Below, piece by piece: positions 18,569 through 29,881 of a stretch of DNA of 64,000 nt. How positions within the stretch are numbered: position 1 is the stretch's first letter; every line of letters begins with the position of its first letter. Position numbers and translations under genes: made by a program. The notes beneath the pieces were generated by a model. The model saw only the letters and a list, made by a program, of their open reading frames with translations, made no database searches and was not told the DNA's origin. This DNA is from Candidatus Bathyarchaeota archaeon (GTDB lineage: Archaea > Thermoproteota > Bathyarchaeia > Bathyarchaeales > DTEX01), in contig CAVQNT010000002.1 in the NCBI GenBank assembly GCA_963714275.1, positions 64,001-128,000 of the forward strand. Reading direction: 5' to 3'.

Positions 18569-18746
18569 ATGTCAATTGAAGGTAGGCATGGCAAAAGTAG
18601 ACTGTTTGTTTTTGCAGCTCTTCCAGCAATCTGGTTTCTTATGGTTCATTGGTTGGTCATTATATTACATTGGAGAGAGAAGAGATTTGAAGACGGGAAG
18701 GTTCGTTCGGTTACTAACATTAGTGGGCAAAGATAATTGTCCGTAA
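18569..18746 (+). CDS. Small single-TM protein (FLWFIGWSLYYIG motif), 1-base insertion near 18633
   Basis: Paralog of 34859-34984 at both DNA and protein level. Confidence 0.6.
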
Positions 18747-18989
18747 AATCGGTTGATAAAAGACTATATAATATTAAGTCTTCCAGATATCTTCTAGCAG
18801 TCATCTAATAAATTTCAATCCCTTAACCCAAACCTTTTATCCGTTTTCTCGTTCTTTCATTCTTGTTTTTTCACTTTTTCTTTTCCTATGAGTCAGTCCT
18901 TCTAAACTGAACTCTGAATGTGCGTTTCACAAATCATTAGTTCTCTCTGCAGAAAGATACTAGGCATTATAATACTCGAGTGACCCTAT

Positions 18990-19199
18990 GTGCAGATTAC
19001 CACGATTCTAAAGAATTTCTTCGCATGTAAATACTCATATAAATGCAAATATTATCAGCCGAGTACGTTCACATGCCGTAACCTTGGCGAGGTAGGCTAC
19101 TGCGGAAAATATCGTGAAATGGAAAGATGTGAACGAGAAATCAAGACACAACATTTACATCGTTGCATGAGACTAGCTAGCTCATTTACAATACATTAA
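18990..19199 (+). CDS. Small Cys-rich protein
   Basis: CKYSYKCKYY..TC..GYCGKYRE. Confidence 0.5.
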   Translation: MQITTILKNFFACKYSYKCKYYQPSTFTCRNLGEVGYCGKYREMERCEREIKTQHLHRCMRLASSFTIH

Positions 19200-20266
19200 C
19201 GGGTTTGTTCGTTGCCCCAAATGCCATGTGAAGGTTCAGGCTCTACATATTTTCTTACTCTGACATTATCAAACCTGGCGTATGCCCCATAATGATTTGC
19301 TAATCCAATTTCACCTGGTCCTGAATACTGTGTTTCTGTTACAGTGGACTTAAGGTTGTTATTGCTGTATATCTCGAATGTGGAATCATTTATGGCTAGT
19401 TTTACTTTTTGCCACTGATTTGCAATGCCAAATCTCGTTACATCGTCGCCGAAATCTTCCCAATCGCTATATGGAGGTGTCATCCATGGTGATTCCTCGT
19501 CAGAACGGCAATCCCATCTTCCTTTATAGCCAGTATTTGCTGAATAATTTCCTCTGAATATAATTTCGGGAAGTGCGTCTGTTGCCGGGTAAACATCAGC
19601 CTCTATTATGCCATTTTGGAACCCAGTATAAATTGCGTCTGAACCAATAACGGCAAATCCATAAGGCCAATCTGTAAAACCCCCACCTATTTCCAAACTT
19701 GGAGCCGGATTACCATAACTAGATGTAATAGTCTACATCCGTATCTATGTGAATATTCCATTTGCTCAAGTCTCCGCTAAAATCGTCAAAGAATATGAAG
19801 GTATTATCTCCACTGCTTGTTGTAGTTACTATGGGATTGCCATAATAAAGATAGATTGTTTGTATTTGTCCAGTTAAGTTGCCTGCTATCTCTACCCAAA
19901 AAGTTGCATTCTTATCAACATTCAAAGATTCCCGCCAATAATCCAATAGAATTCCGTTTACAGTAGTGAATCGGATATCACCGAAATCGCTTCTAACCTT
20001 ATTATTAATATATACCGTCTCTCCGTTGTCAGTTCCAGTACCATTTACTACAACAATCCTAATCTGGTAGTTAGTTCCTGCGTTTGTTCCAATCCCACTA
20101 ATAATATGACTTTTTCGATAATTCCAATTATTATTAAACCACTTTTTCATTATTGTTTGAGTGAAGTTAAGTGATTGCTGCTCATAAATGAAAGCATATG
20201 CAAACTAGGTATCATAAAATTTATTATGATTAATAGGAAAACCAACTGAACCGATTTTTTAGTCAT
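19196..20266 (-). CDS. Secreted DUF2341 domain protein with lectin-like beta-sandwich (indels near 20200 and 19710)
   Basis: WNYRKSH, DFGDIRFT, ATFWV, YLYYGN, FFDDF, FDNVRVRKY; signal-like N-terminus from ATG 20266. Confidence 0.75.
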
Positions 20267-20380
20267 TAAAAAAACAGTTGTATAATCAGTATTTCAAAAT
20301 AATGAATTAAGGGTTCATACAGTATGTTCATAACGTTTTTTAAATTACTGAATTCAAGTTAAATTAAAAAAAATACAGGA

Positions 20381-20907
20381 GTGTCTATATTGGAAAGAAA
20401 GAATTTACTCAGTGTTCTTTTTCTAATACTGAGCATTGCTGCAGTTTCGGTTTCAGCATATGTCTATGAACAAGCACAGCAACAAGTAACGCAGACCATT
20501 AAAGAGATTGCAACTATAACTTTGAAAAATTCTACTTTAGATAATCTGGAAGAGGGACAGACTCTATTTTATACGAAATCAAATGTTACGAATCTTGGAG
20601 CAGCCATTACGCTTACAACAACAAAAACCAACGTTTACATGCACTTGAGCAGTAACCTAGCAAGCCAAAGCACCTATTACTCAACATTCAACGTTGCCGT
20701 AAAAATTATCACAAAACCCTCCGGAGGAGCCCATAGCATAAATGAAATAGTATGCACGTTATCATTAGCTTCGCCAAACTCTGGCGCAATCACTCTAGAC
20801 GTGCTAGGAACTTGGACCTTCGACTTCGAAGTAACCACCACAGCTAAATCAGTTAGTCAGATCAGTCAACTATTGTAACTATCACAGTGACAGCTGAAAG
20901 CACTTAG
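20381..20907 (+). CDS. Secreted beta-rich hypothetical protein (indel near 20858)
   Basis: Signal peptide; Thr-rich; corrected C-terminus ...DQSTIVTITVTAEST*. Confidence 0.7.
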
Positions 20908-20918
20908 GCAAACAGAAC

Positions 20919-21158
20919 TTGAACCCGAAAAAGAAGCTACTATACATTTTTCTTTTTATTATTCTAAATATATGGATAGTTTCGCTTCTGGCAATTTACC
21001 TTCCCATAACCAATTTGGTAACACCCACTTTCCCCTTAACCCAAAACAACCAATTATTAACGATCTTCCTAGTGTCTACTGCCTTATCTTCAATCTCTAC
21101 CTTCCTGATAGGCTTAGATGAACTGGGAAAACTTCCAAATGTAAGATCAAAACATTAG
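20919..21158 (+). CDS. Small 2-TM membrane protein
   Basis: Hydrophobic ORF 11 bp after the previous gene. Confidence 0.5.
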   Translation: MNPKKKLLYIFLFIILNIWIVSLLAIYLPITNLVTPTFPLTQNNQLLTIFLVSTALSSISTFLIGLDELGKLPNVRSKH

Positions 21159-21626
21159 ATACCTGATGTAACTGCAATCCTTGGCATCCACGGTTCTTTT
21201 CCGTCTCTCAAATACTTGGCTAATAACAAGGATTAAAATTTAATCTCCATACACACATTTCTACGCACTCCCACCTTCTTTCTTCCATATCTACACTTTT
21301 CTCCACATCACACGTAGAATGATCAGACTATGATAGTTTTTTAAAAAGACTGCAATTGTTAAGGGTATTATAAGCCAAAAGTTAGGAACTGGAATCTTAA
21401 CTTTAATTTTTATTGGATTAGGCTGTTCAATTAAGGTCCTGTTATCTGGAAATCTGTTCCAATAGGTGAAATAGTCAGCTACTTGAAGAAGCTGTCGCTG
21501 CCATCATCACTTGTGGTTACACCAGCCTTAGATATAGCCAAAGCTAAGTAAAAATGCCGTAGCTAATCAGTTACAACAAGTGAAATTTATTTCACCAAAC
21601 AGATAAATAATTGATAATATTCTTTC

Positions 21627-22469
21627 ATGCTTGAAGTTATGAATCTTCAGAACGAGTTTAATAATGGATTCTTTAAAGTCATCTCGCATCCCGCTAGGAG
21701 AGAGATTGTAGAATGTTTGCTGGATAGAAATTTGTCATTTATAGAACTCCTTAACATGATTGGTAAGAGTAATCATGGCGATTTTGGTTATCATTTAAGA
21801 ATTCTGAAGGAGTTCGTTGAACTTGAGCCTTCAAGTAAGAAATACCGTTTAACTTACAAAGGAAGGTTATTGACTGGAGTGATTAAGGATTTTCGTTCAA
21901 TTATTTTGTTTTGCTCAGAATGCGCGAGATATGCCCAAAATCTTAGGTTAGGAGACCATGCCTTAGCATTATATACTGATGAAGACTTCAAAAACAGGAT
22001 AACATTTCCATACCTAAAAGCGGGACTACTCAAAAATGAAGCGGTTGTATACCTAGTATCGGAAAACAAGTTGGATTCGAAGGTTCGAGAAGCCAAGAGA
22101 TATGGCATTGACCTTGACAACTTAGAAAAAGAAGCTTTTACATTGAAGTCAGCTTATGAATGGTTCATTGAAAAGGGGAAAGCTGAAATCTGAAACAATT
22201 ATATCCAATTGGACGGCACTTGTTGAAGAGAAGAAGAAGCTGGATTTACGGGACTACGTGTTGCTGGAGAACCTGAGGTTTTCGTTGACTATGCAAAGAC
22301 TACTGAGCTACTAAGATACGAAGAGCTTCTGGGTAGGCAATTCAACATGGATATTGTCGGGTTGTGCCTCTACGATTTCGATAGATGGGATAAAGAGCAG
22401 TTTGTTCAAGCTTGCAGAGCTCATGGTCACATAATCTCCAAAGGTGTAGTGGGCAAAATGATACAGTGA
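21627..22469 (+). CDS. ArsR-like wHTH fused to a MEDS (DcmR-type) sensor domain (indels at ~22190-22240)
   Basis: SHPARREI..YHLRIL; GDHALALY, YLKAGL; downstream frame GFTGLRVAGE, LRYE, CLYD, HGHII. Confidence 0.8.
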
Positions 22470-22949
22470 AGTTTTCCTTTGTTTAGTGAACAAATTCATG
22501 GTTAAGAAAGAAGTCTTTGAATAGATAAAAACTGGACTTGAGTGATATGCACATTTTCCTGTAGATTCCGTGACTTGCATTCTAGCTAGCGCGCGCTATT
22601 ACCTGCAGTTAACGGTTTTATGGCTATTAATGGTTCTCTAATTTTTATAAGACTTTTTATCATGCGATTTTGAGTGGAAACATCGTGAATCCCGTCTGGT
22701 TAAGGGGGCATAATATGCCTTGAAACTGATTCCCCCTTTTCCATGATTCCAAACACTTAGCTAGCTATTTGTGTAAAATAAATATAAAATAGGAAAAGGT
22801 TTTGATTTTGGTTTGGTTATTAGAGGAAGGTAAAATTCATAATTTTCATTCTCATACATTTATTATTGGCTTCCTTAATTTTTTTTGGAGAATTGAAGTC
22901 TGAATGAAAATCATAGTCTAAGTCTAGAAGAAACGTTGAGGGAAAAACA

Positions 22950-23240
22950 TTGAATGATAAAACCGTGTTATTGCTTCTCGGCTCCGTCGTTTTGTTAGCT
23001 TCTGGACTTGTTGACTTAGACTGGATGATTGTAGCTCCCAGATTTAACAGTTGGTACTATAGCGTAAGTTACTGGGAGTTTTCCCCGTTTTTCAAGATGG
23101 GCTGGTGGAACGCTTACTTTTACACTATAATGCGAACGATTCTAGGCTTTTTGGGTTTAGGTTATGTAGTTGGGAAGGAAACAAAAACGAATGAATTAGA
23201 TTTGTCAAGATCACAAGTAACGAGTTTGCAAATAGAGTGA
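22950..23240 (+). CDS. Hypothetical membrane protein
   Basis: Trp-rich with 2 hydrophobic segments. Confidence 0.5.
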   Translation: MNDKTVLLLLGSVVLLASGLVDLDWMIVAPRFNSWYYSVSYWEFSPFFKMGWWNAYFYTIMRTILGFLGLGYVVGKETKTNELDLSRSQVTSLQIE

Positions 23241-23509
23241 GTGAAACACACTTACACCTTCACCTATACACTAAGCACAAACATACACGAACGCATGAGA
23301 ACAAATAAGAAGAAAAAGATTAAAATTTAGTCACCACACACACTTTTATTCTTATTCTATCTCTCTCTACCTTACTCCGTATCACGTATATCCCGTATAT
23401 CACACAACAACACATTCAAACACGCATTAATTTCTAGAACATTCAATTACTTTTTTCACAAGTAATAATAGGAAAAATACCCCCTTTCTTTATATTAGTG
23501 GTAAGGTAA

Positions 23510-25543
23510 ATGATAAAAAATTTTATCGTTGATCCCAAGACCAAGAAGATTGCAGTCTCATTCGTATTAATTCTTTTTCTAATACCAATGTTGGTGCCGT
23601 CGAACACGGCGGCGGCAATGTCAATCACCCTTGATTCCCCGCTAGATTACACCGTAACGATGGATAATGAGCCTGATTTCAGTTTTACATTAGATTCTAG
23701 TGTTTCAACGGTAAGCTGTACCCTTTGGCTTCAAAAAACCTCATCCAGGACTCCAAAGTCTTATGGAACTAACAATAATGTGGTAAGTAGTGTATCTACC
23801 ACAATTACACCTTCCTCTCCCATACCGAATGGACAGTATCGGTGGTGGATAACCTGCTTTGATGGAACAACCACAATCAGTAGTCAGAAACGAACAATAA
23901 CAATAAACCTCTTCCGAGGAGACATGACATTCACAGCCAGCTACGATGGCAGCACAAGATACTACTGGCTGGATTTACCTGACAATTTTGACAATTCAGC
24001 ACCCACTCCCCTCGTAATATTCTTACACGGCTACGGAGGCAGCAGACTCAGCTACCCACAAAAGTACCCGTCTCTGAGACAAACATTCCAAAGCAACATT
24101 TGGATAGTTGCATCAGTAGACTGCCGTACAGTCAGCGGTTACCAGAACTGGTACACCGAACCATCAAGACGGGACATAACCGATGTTATGAACACAATAA
24201 GAAGCGACTACAACATCGACACCAACCACATACACATCATGGGAAACAGCATGGGCGGAGGCGGAGCACTCAAATACGCCATGTTCAACAACCAGGTAAT
24301 AGCAAGCCTAGTGGACATACACGGAATTACCGATTTCACCCAATTCTACTTCGAAACATCAACCTACAAAGCCTCGCTGATAGCGGCATATGGAGGAACT
24401 CCATCCCAAGTTCCTGACGTATACGCAGACGAAAGCGCCCTAGGAAATGAACAACGTTTCAGCCAAACACCGGTAATGATACTGCATGGAACCGCTGATA
24501 ACGTAGTAAGTGTAAGTCAATCACGTAATCTGTACCAGAGCCTGAGTGCACTCGGATACACAGTGAAGTATATCGAAGTGCCAGGTGTTGCTCATGACGC
24601 TTCAATTCTGATCAGCGGCAGGGAAATGGAGATTTTTAGCTGGCTCAGAGATCATCCATTACATACTGAAGAATCGCAACCTGTAACAATTACGATAACA
24701 TCAAACCCAACAGGCTTAGGCTTTGTCAAGGTTGATGGGAGTGCAGTAACAACTCCCCAAACCTACTTATGGAGTACAGGTTTTCAACATACTTTGGAAG
24801 CTATATCTCTGGTCAGCAGTGGAAGTGGGACACGATATGTTTGGGTTCAATGGAGTGATGGCGGAACTCAAAGTCACACTTACACAGTTCCTTCATCACC
24901 TCAAACAGTTACAGCCAACTACAAAACCCAATATTACTTAACAGTTAACTCTGCCTACGATTCTCCAGTTGGGGCAGGCTGGTATGATTCAGGCTCTACT
25001 GCATCATTCTCAGTAACCTCACCTGCCAGCGATAGCATAGGAACACAGTATGTTTGCACCGGTTATTCGGGAGACGCATCAGGCTCTGGAACAAGCGGCT
25101 CAATAGTTATGAACGGTCCTAAGACGGTTACATTCAACTGGAATAGCGCGCAGACGTGGGCACGTACATGGTATGTGTACTCGGGAAACCGATATAGTCC
25201 ATGGGGTCAGCTACTCGGTTCAGGCCCAAATGAAAATAACTTGAACTTTGATAACAACTGGGGCTCCAAGACGATAGCGTACAGCCGGTCAGACAAAATC
25301 GGGTTCGTGTCAACACGAAAAGTGAATCTTGCAGCAGGTTCATGGACATTCACGATTGGCGGAGATGATGGCGTCCGCTTATACATCGATGATAAGCTGG
25401 TAATTAATGGCTGGAAGAATCAAGCGTACACCACTTATTCCTATAAAACGAGCTTTTCAAACACCGCCGACCATACGCTCCGCCTCGAATACTATGAGTA
25501 TACGGGGAACGCCCACGTCTCATTCAATGTAAAACAAGGATAG
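23510..25543 (+). CDS. Secreted alpha/beta hydrolase (S9/esterase-like) with Ig-like repeats and a C-terminal PA14 domain
   Basis: IFLHGYGG, GNSMGG, HGTADNVV, VAHD; GDDGVRLYID. Confidence 0.85.
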   Translation: MIKNFIVDPKTKKIAVSFVLILFLIPMLVPSNTAAAMSITLDSPLDYTVTMDNEPDFSFTLDSSVSTVSCTLWLQKTSSRTPKSYGTNNNVVSSVSTTITPSSPIPNGQYRWWITCFDGTTTISSQKRTITINLFRGDMTFTASYDGSTRYYWLDLPDNFDNSAPTPLVIFLHGYGGSRLSYPQKYPSLRQTFQSNIWIVASVDCRTVSGYQNWYTEPSRRDITDVMNTIRSDYNIDTNHIHIMGNSMGGGGALKYAMFNNQVIASLVDIHGITDFTQFYFETSTYKASLIAAYGGTPSQVPDVYADESALGNEQRFSQTPVMILHGTADNVVSVSQSRNLYQSLSALGYTVKYIEVPGVAHDASILISGREMEIFSWLRDHPLHTEESQPVTITITSNPTGLGFVKVDGSAVTTPQTYLWSTGFQHTLEAISLVSSGSGTRYVWVQWSDGGTQSHTYTVPSSPQTVTANYKTQYYLTVNSAYDSPVGAGWYDSGSTASFSVTSPASDSIGTQYVCTGYSGDASGSGTSGSIVMNGPKTVTFNWNSAQTWARTWYVYSGNRYSPWGQLLGSGPNENNLNFDNNWGSKTIAYSRSDKIGFVSTRKVNLAAGSWTFTIGGDDGVRLYIDDKLVINGWKNQAYTTYSYKTSFSNTADHTLRLEYYEYTGNAHVSFNVKQG

Positions 25544-25669
25544 CGCTTCAATCATACATAAGTCAATATAGGTAGAAAGAATGAAAGAAAAAAGAGTTGG
25601 GATTTGAAAATAAAAGTTAATATTATTATACAATTATGAATAAAGGTCTTGATGTTTTGGGTGAGGCAC

Positions 25670-26764
25670 ATGAAAAGTAGAAAGATGATTAGCATAGTCC
25701 TCGTTTCTATTGCGTTAATATCGCTGACATCAACTCTAAATGTAAACTTAGAGGAAGAATATAGTTATCATGAATGTAGAATATGGGGAATTACTGCTAA
25801 CACTATACCATATAGTGTTGTCTTAGATCAACTTGTAAATCTCCCAAATTCATTGAAAAACCTCGGAGCTAGTAATCCAAATGGGTGGGGTCTCGCCTAT
25901 TACAGCAACATTGAACCAGTGGTTTTAAGAGGACAGCTTCCAGCAAACACAGACCCGCAATTTATTGTAGCTGCAGGGATAGTCGCTGCAAGTGGGGGAA
26001 CAATCGCTGTTGGCCATGTTAGAAAAGCTTCATCTGGGCTCATAAACATCCCAGACCCGCATCCGTTTGAACGTTTCAAGAATAATGATTGGTGGCTCTT
26101 CTGTCACAATGGCGGAATTGACAAGAACATTTTAATCAACCTCATTGGGACACAGTATTTAGCAAATAACCCGCCCTATGTAGGCAGTAACCAAAACGAG
26201 TGGATAGACTCTGAACTATATTTCATCTATATTCTGAAATGCTGCGAGGAAAACAACTGGAACATTGACCAAGGAATAACGACTGCAATAATAAACATCT
26301 GCAATAAGGTTCCAGGAACAAGCGAAACCCTAAACTTCATCCTAACAGATGGCACAACAATTATGGGGCTTCCGCAAAGGAAACACTTTATATTATTACT
26401 ACAATTCGCAGTACTCAGCCGTAGCCTCTCAGTACCCAACAAGCACCCAAAGCGGGTGGATATCATTAACCGACTTTAGCCTAATCAAACTAACCAGAAA
26501 CGCGGTACCATCAATAATACACACATGTTACATGTTAACAGTACTTGTTAAGGACTCGTCAACTGGAAGAACAATTTCTAACGCTAATGTCTACTAGATA
26601 ATGTCTACATGGGAACAACTAATAACAATGGCAAACTTGTCCTTCAAACCGTAGCTCCTGGATCACACTCTCTAAAAGTCACAAAGACAGGATACAACGA
26701 CAGCTCAACCACCATAAATGTCACATCAGACACAACAATAACAGTACGCTTAAAGAAAAAGTAA
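25670..26764 (+). CDS. Secreted class II glutamine-amidotransferase-like Ntn hydrolase with PEGA-like tail (indels near 26360 and 26595)
   Basis: HECRIWG, NPNGWG, GHVRKAS, PHPF, HNG, DSE, LNFILTDG; tail VYLDNVYMGTT. Confidence 0.8.
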
Positions 26765-26834
26765 CCCTTTAGCGCTATTTTTTCGGCTCCTTTATTACTA
26801 CACTTTCTCTCTTGGTGTTTAAACTTTTCTGGCC

Positions 26835-27132
26835 TCAACCTTTTTCAGCTTTCCTGTGAAAGTTACGTAAAACCATAGCAATAATTATTGCCATAAGTCC
26901 TTGCCAAAAGACAAGGTCGATGAGTAGAAATGGCATGTTAACACTCCATTTGTCAACAGGTCCAGCTATTGTATTTAAAGTATGAGTGGCCCAAACCAAA
27001 GGTAATCCAAAATTTACATGGACATAGTCAGGCCAAACCACCATAAATCCCCAAGCCAGCTAATGCTGTTAAGGTCATCCAGAAAACGATGAACAATAAT
27101 ATAGACACGACCATTTTATTGCCGAAGTTCAT
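26835..27132 (-). CDS. Small membrane protein (indel near 27060)
   Basis: WPDYVHVNFGLPLVWATHT; ATG 27132. Confidence 0.55.
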
Positions 27133-27151
27133 ATACGCAATAAAAGGTTCA

Positions 27152-28555
27152 TTACATATTTATTTCTAGAGTTTTGAACAAAATAAACATATTAGAAATT
27201 GCAATATAGTAGCTAGTTATTATTTTTGTTTTGTCCATTTGCGAGTCATCCTGAGTCTTTACATTGAATTTTAACAAGTCCATGACATCGTTTTTCCACT
27301 GTTCTGTCGAAGTATGAATTACCCTACCTATGTATAAACTTCTAAGCAACCTGAGTGATGGGATTCTCTGTGTTGCTATTTTGTATTTAAAATAGGCTGG
27401 TTCATCAAGTCTATTGTCTGGCAGATATATTGGTTCTCGTCGAAAGTTTATGTCAATCATGCACCGATTTATTGTCTTGAGTACATTGTCTGTTTCTTTG
27501 TCAAGTATTCAAGGCTCGTGTAGTTTAGATATTCTGTTCTACTAACTATCCTAAAGAAGTAGGTTGCTTTTCCAACGCTTTCTTCTCCGGTTGTTTCCGT
27601 TGCTTCCATTGCTACAGCATTTCCGTAACCTTTTTCGGTAATACTGTAGATTGGCATGAGAAACCAGATGTATTCACCTGTTAAGTCTCCCATTAGACCT
27701 TGCTTGAAGCCAATACAGATTCTTTCTTGCCGAGCTAAGTCTTTAAGAAAAATGTATGATTCATTTAATCCTAAATCAGTTACCTTTTTTTCAAGAGCGT
27801 TCCAAACTTTCGGATTGATAAGTTCTATGTCCATACGCCTCGCAGCTTTCCCTTCTTTTAGAATGCTGGCGATTCTTCTAAGAGAGACAGGATCTATTCC
27901 TGGGTAAAGCTCTGCTAGTGATGTAGCGATTTTAGTTTGAAGGGCATTATAAGCATCTGAAAATGCTTTAAGGAAGGGGTCAAATTCTGAGCCCATCTTT
28001 GAAAAAAGGAATTGTTCTCCAAAATCTGTACTAATCTTAATAGTATAGGTTTCTTTTGAAACGTTGGCAATGTCGCTATATGGTACTCTGAACACTTCGC
28101 CTTTTTGAGGAATAACAATGAAACCCGTCTCATAGAGACGAAGTTTCCCAGCATCCCTTTGTCTTTCACTGCCAGTTTCATCCAGAATAAATAAATTCCA
28201 TGTCAATGTCTGGTTTTATAACAGTCTCGTTCATAAGCAGATCTTTGATTATTACTTCATTCCTTAAATCGGTTAGAATTCTCAGAAAATCTTCATAATA
28301 GTTGCCTAGGTTGAATAGGATAAGTTTTTCTTTGGAAGTTAGAAATAACGAAATTTTATAATTTTCCGCTTCAATCGTGATTATATTTCTTAAATGGAAG
28401 GCTAGAATATTGCCAAATGTTGGTAATATGGTTAGATACTCTTTATCAATTGTTCCTTCACATTCGCCACTTGAAATCTCTTTTTCGCCTTCATCTAGAA
28501 GGATATAGTTCATATGTCCTTGAATTGCAGTTTTTCTTTCTTCCTCGTTTTCCAA
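27152..28555 (-). CDS. Conserved hypothetical protein with two PH-like domains (split by indels near 28200 and 27465)
   Basis: Three consecutive ORFs join; repeated beta-sandwich plus helix pattern; C-terminal INFRREPIYL..RIPSLRLLR..GRVIH. Confidence 0.65.
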
Positions 28556-28590
28556 TTATATTCCTTTATTGTGTCTCTTTATATGAAAGA

Positions 28591-29277
28591 TTATTCTGCG
28601 ATTTGTTTAGAAGAGTTTATTTCCGCATTCATTACAGAATCTGAGCCTGGAGGGTTTTGTGCACCGCATTTTGAACATTTTGACATCGAAAGAGGAGCAC
28701 CACAATTGTTACAGAATTTGCCTCCTCCAGCTGGTTTTCCACATTGTGGACATACGGTTTGTGTGGCTTTGATTTCACCGGTAAAAATTTGTGTTTCTTC
28801 TGCTTTTTTCCATATTTGTTCTTTTCTTTCAGTGGCTCTTGCAGCTGCAATTTCGGTTGCAGCTCTAGGCGCATCTTCAACGCAGAGACCGTCTTCATCG
28901 TTCCAGCATGTGTCATCTACCCAATGCATACATTTTGGGCACTTGTGAAAATGTCCCATGGCTTCGTTTTGAGCTAGTTTGAATGCTTCTTCATGCTCTT
29001 TATGCCATTCTGGAGACATACCTTGGAATCTTTCAGCAATTACATCTGTGCCAGTTTCAACTTGATATCCTGGTCCTCGTCCAGTGATAGAGGAAGCAAT
29101 GGATGCGGCTCTACCCAAGCCTCTGAGTAATCCCGCTTTCTTGTAAGTTTTAGATTCAATGAACCCAGTTTTATAGCCATCCTGGCAAACGTCACAGAAA
29201 AATGTAAATTCGAAGCCTGCTTCTGTGCTATTATCAGCATAATTTTTCGTAAAGGGGATAAACGGCATTTCTATCAC
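28591..29277 (-). CDS. Multi-zinc-ribbon protein
   Basis: FCDVC, CPKC, CWN..GLC, CPQCG, CNNCG, CSKCG; an indel near the end hides RFCNECG. Confidence 0.85.
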   Translation of the reverse strand: MIEMPFIPFTKNYADNSTEAGFEFTFFCDVCQDGYKTGFIESKTYKKAGLLRGLGRAASIASSITGRGPGYQVETGTDVIAERFQGMSPEWHKEHEEAFKLAQNEAMGHFHKCPKCMHWVDDTCWNDEDGLCVEDAPRAATEIAAARATERKEQIWKKAEETQIFTGEIKATQTVCPQCGKPAGGGKFCNNCGAPLSMSKCSKCGAQNPPGSDSVMNAEINSSKQIAE

Positions 29278-29390
29278 TCCTTTTCTCTAATAGATTAAAA
29301 GTATAGCGAATATAATAGGCTTATGTTTACTCAAAAATAAAATATATTACCACAATGTTGTTATACATTTGTTAGCCAGTGGGATGTTTT

Positions 29391-29709
29391 ATGTCAAGTT
29401 ACAAAAAACCATGCAAATATTGTGGACAAGCTGGTTCCCCCAAATTCAAATGTTTGTCCATTCTGCAGCAAAGTGAACCCTTTAGAATGGAGATGCCCAA
29501 AATGTCGTGCTTTAATTCAACCTAACTGGATAAGATGTAACACTTGCGGTCTTTCTCTTCAGATTACTTGTCCTAAATGCGGTAAATCAACATTCTTTGG
29601 TGACTACTGTCAAAATTGTGGTAATCGATTAGTTGTGGAATGTAGGAATTGCCACACAATTCAGCCACCAATAAGTAATAAATGTATTAAATGTGGAAAA
29701 TCGCTTTAA
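29391..29709 (+). CDS. Double-zinc-ribbon protein (indel near 29424)
   Basis: Eight CxxC pairs once MSSYKKPCKYC is joined. Confidence 0.8.
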
Positions 29710-29881
29710 TTAGAATCAGCAACCTATACTTAGGGTATACTTACATTAATCGGATAGTGGACTTGGCTTATCGTTGTAATGCCTGAAGATGACCTCAACT
29801 CAATTATAATCAAATTCCATTACAAATATACTGTAAAAAGAATCTGAACAAAAAAAGCGACAAAAAACGAATTGTTGATCA

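Noticed and set aside
26595-26597. In-frame TAG as pyrrolysine or readthrough
   Set aside because: The downstream homology is in a different frame, so it is an indel
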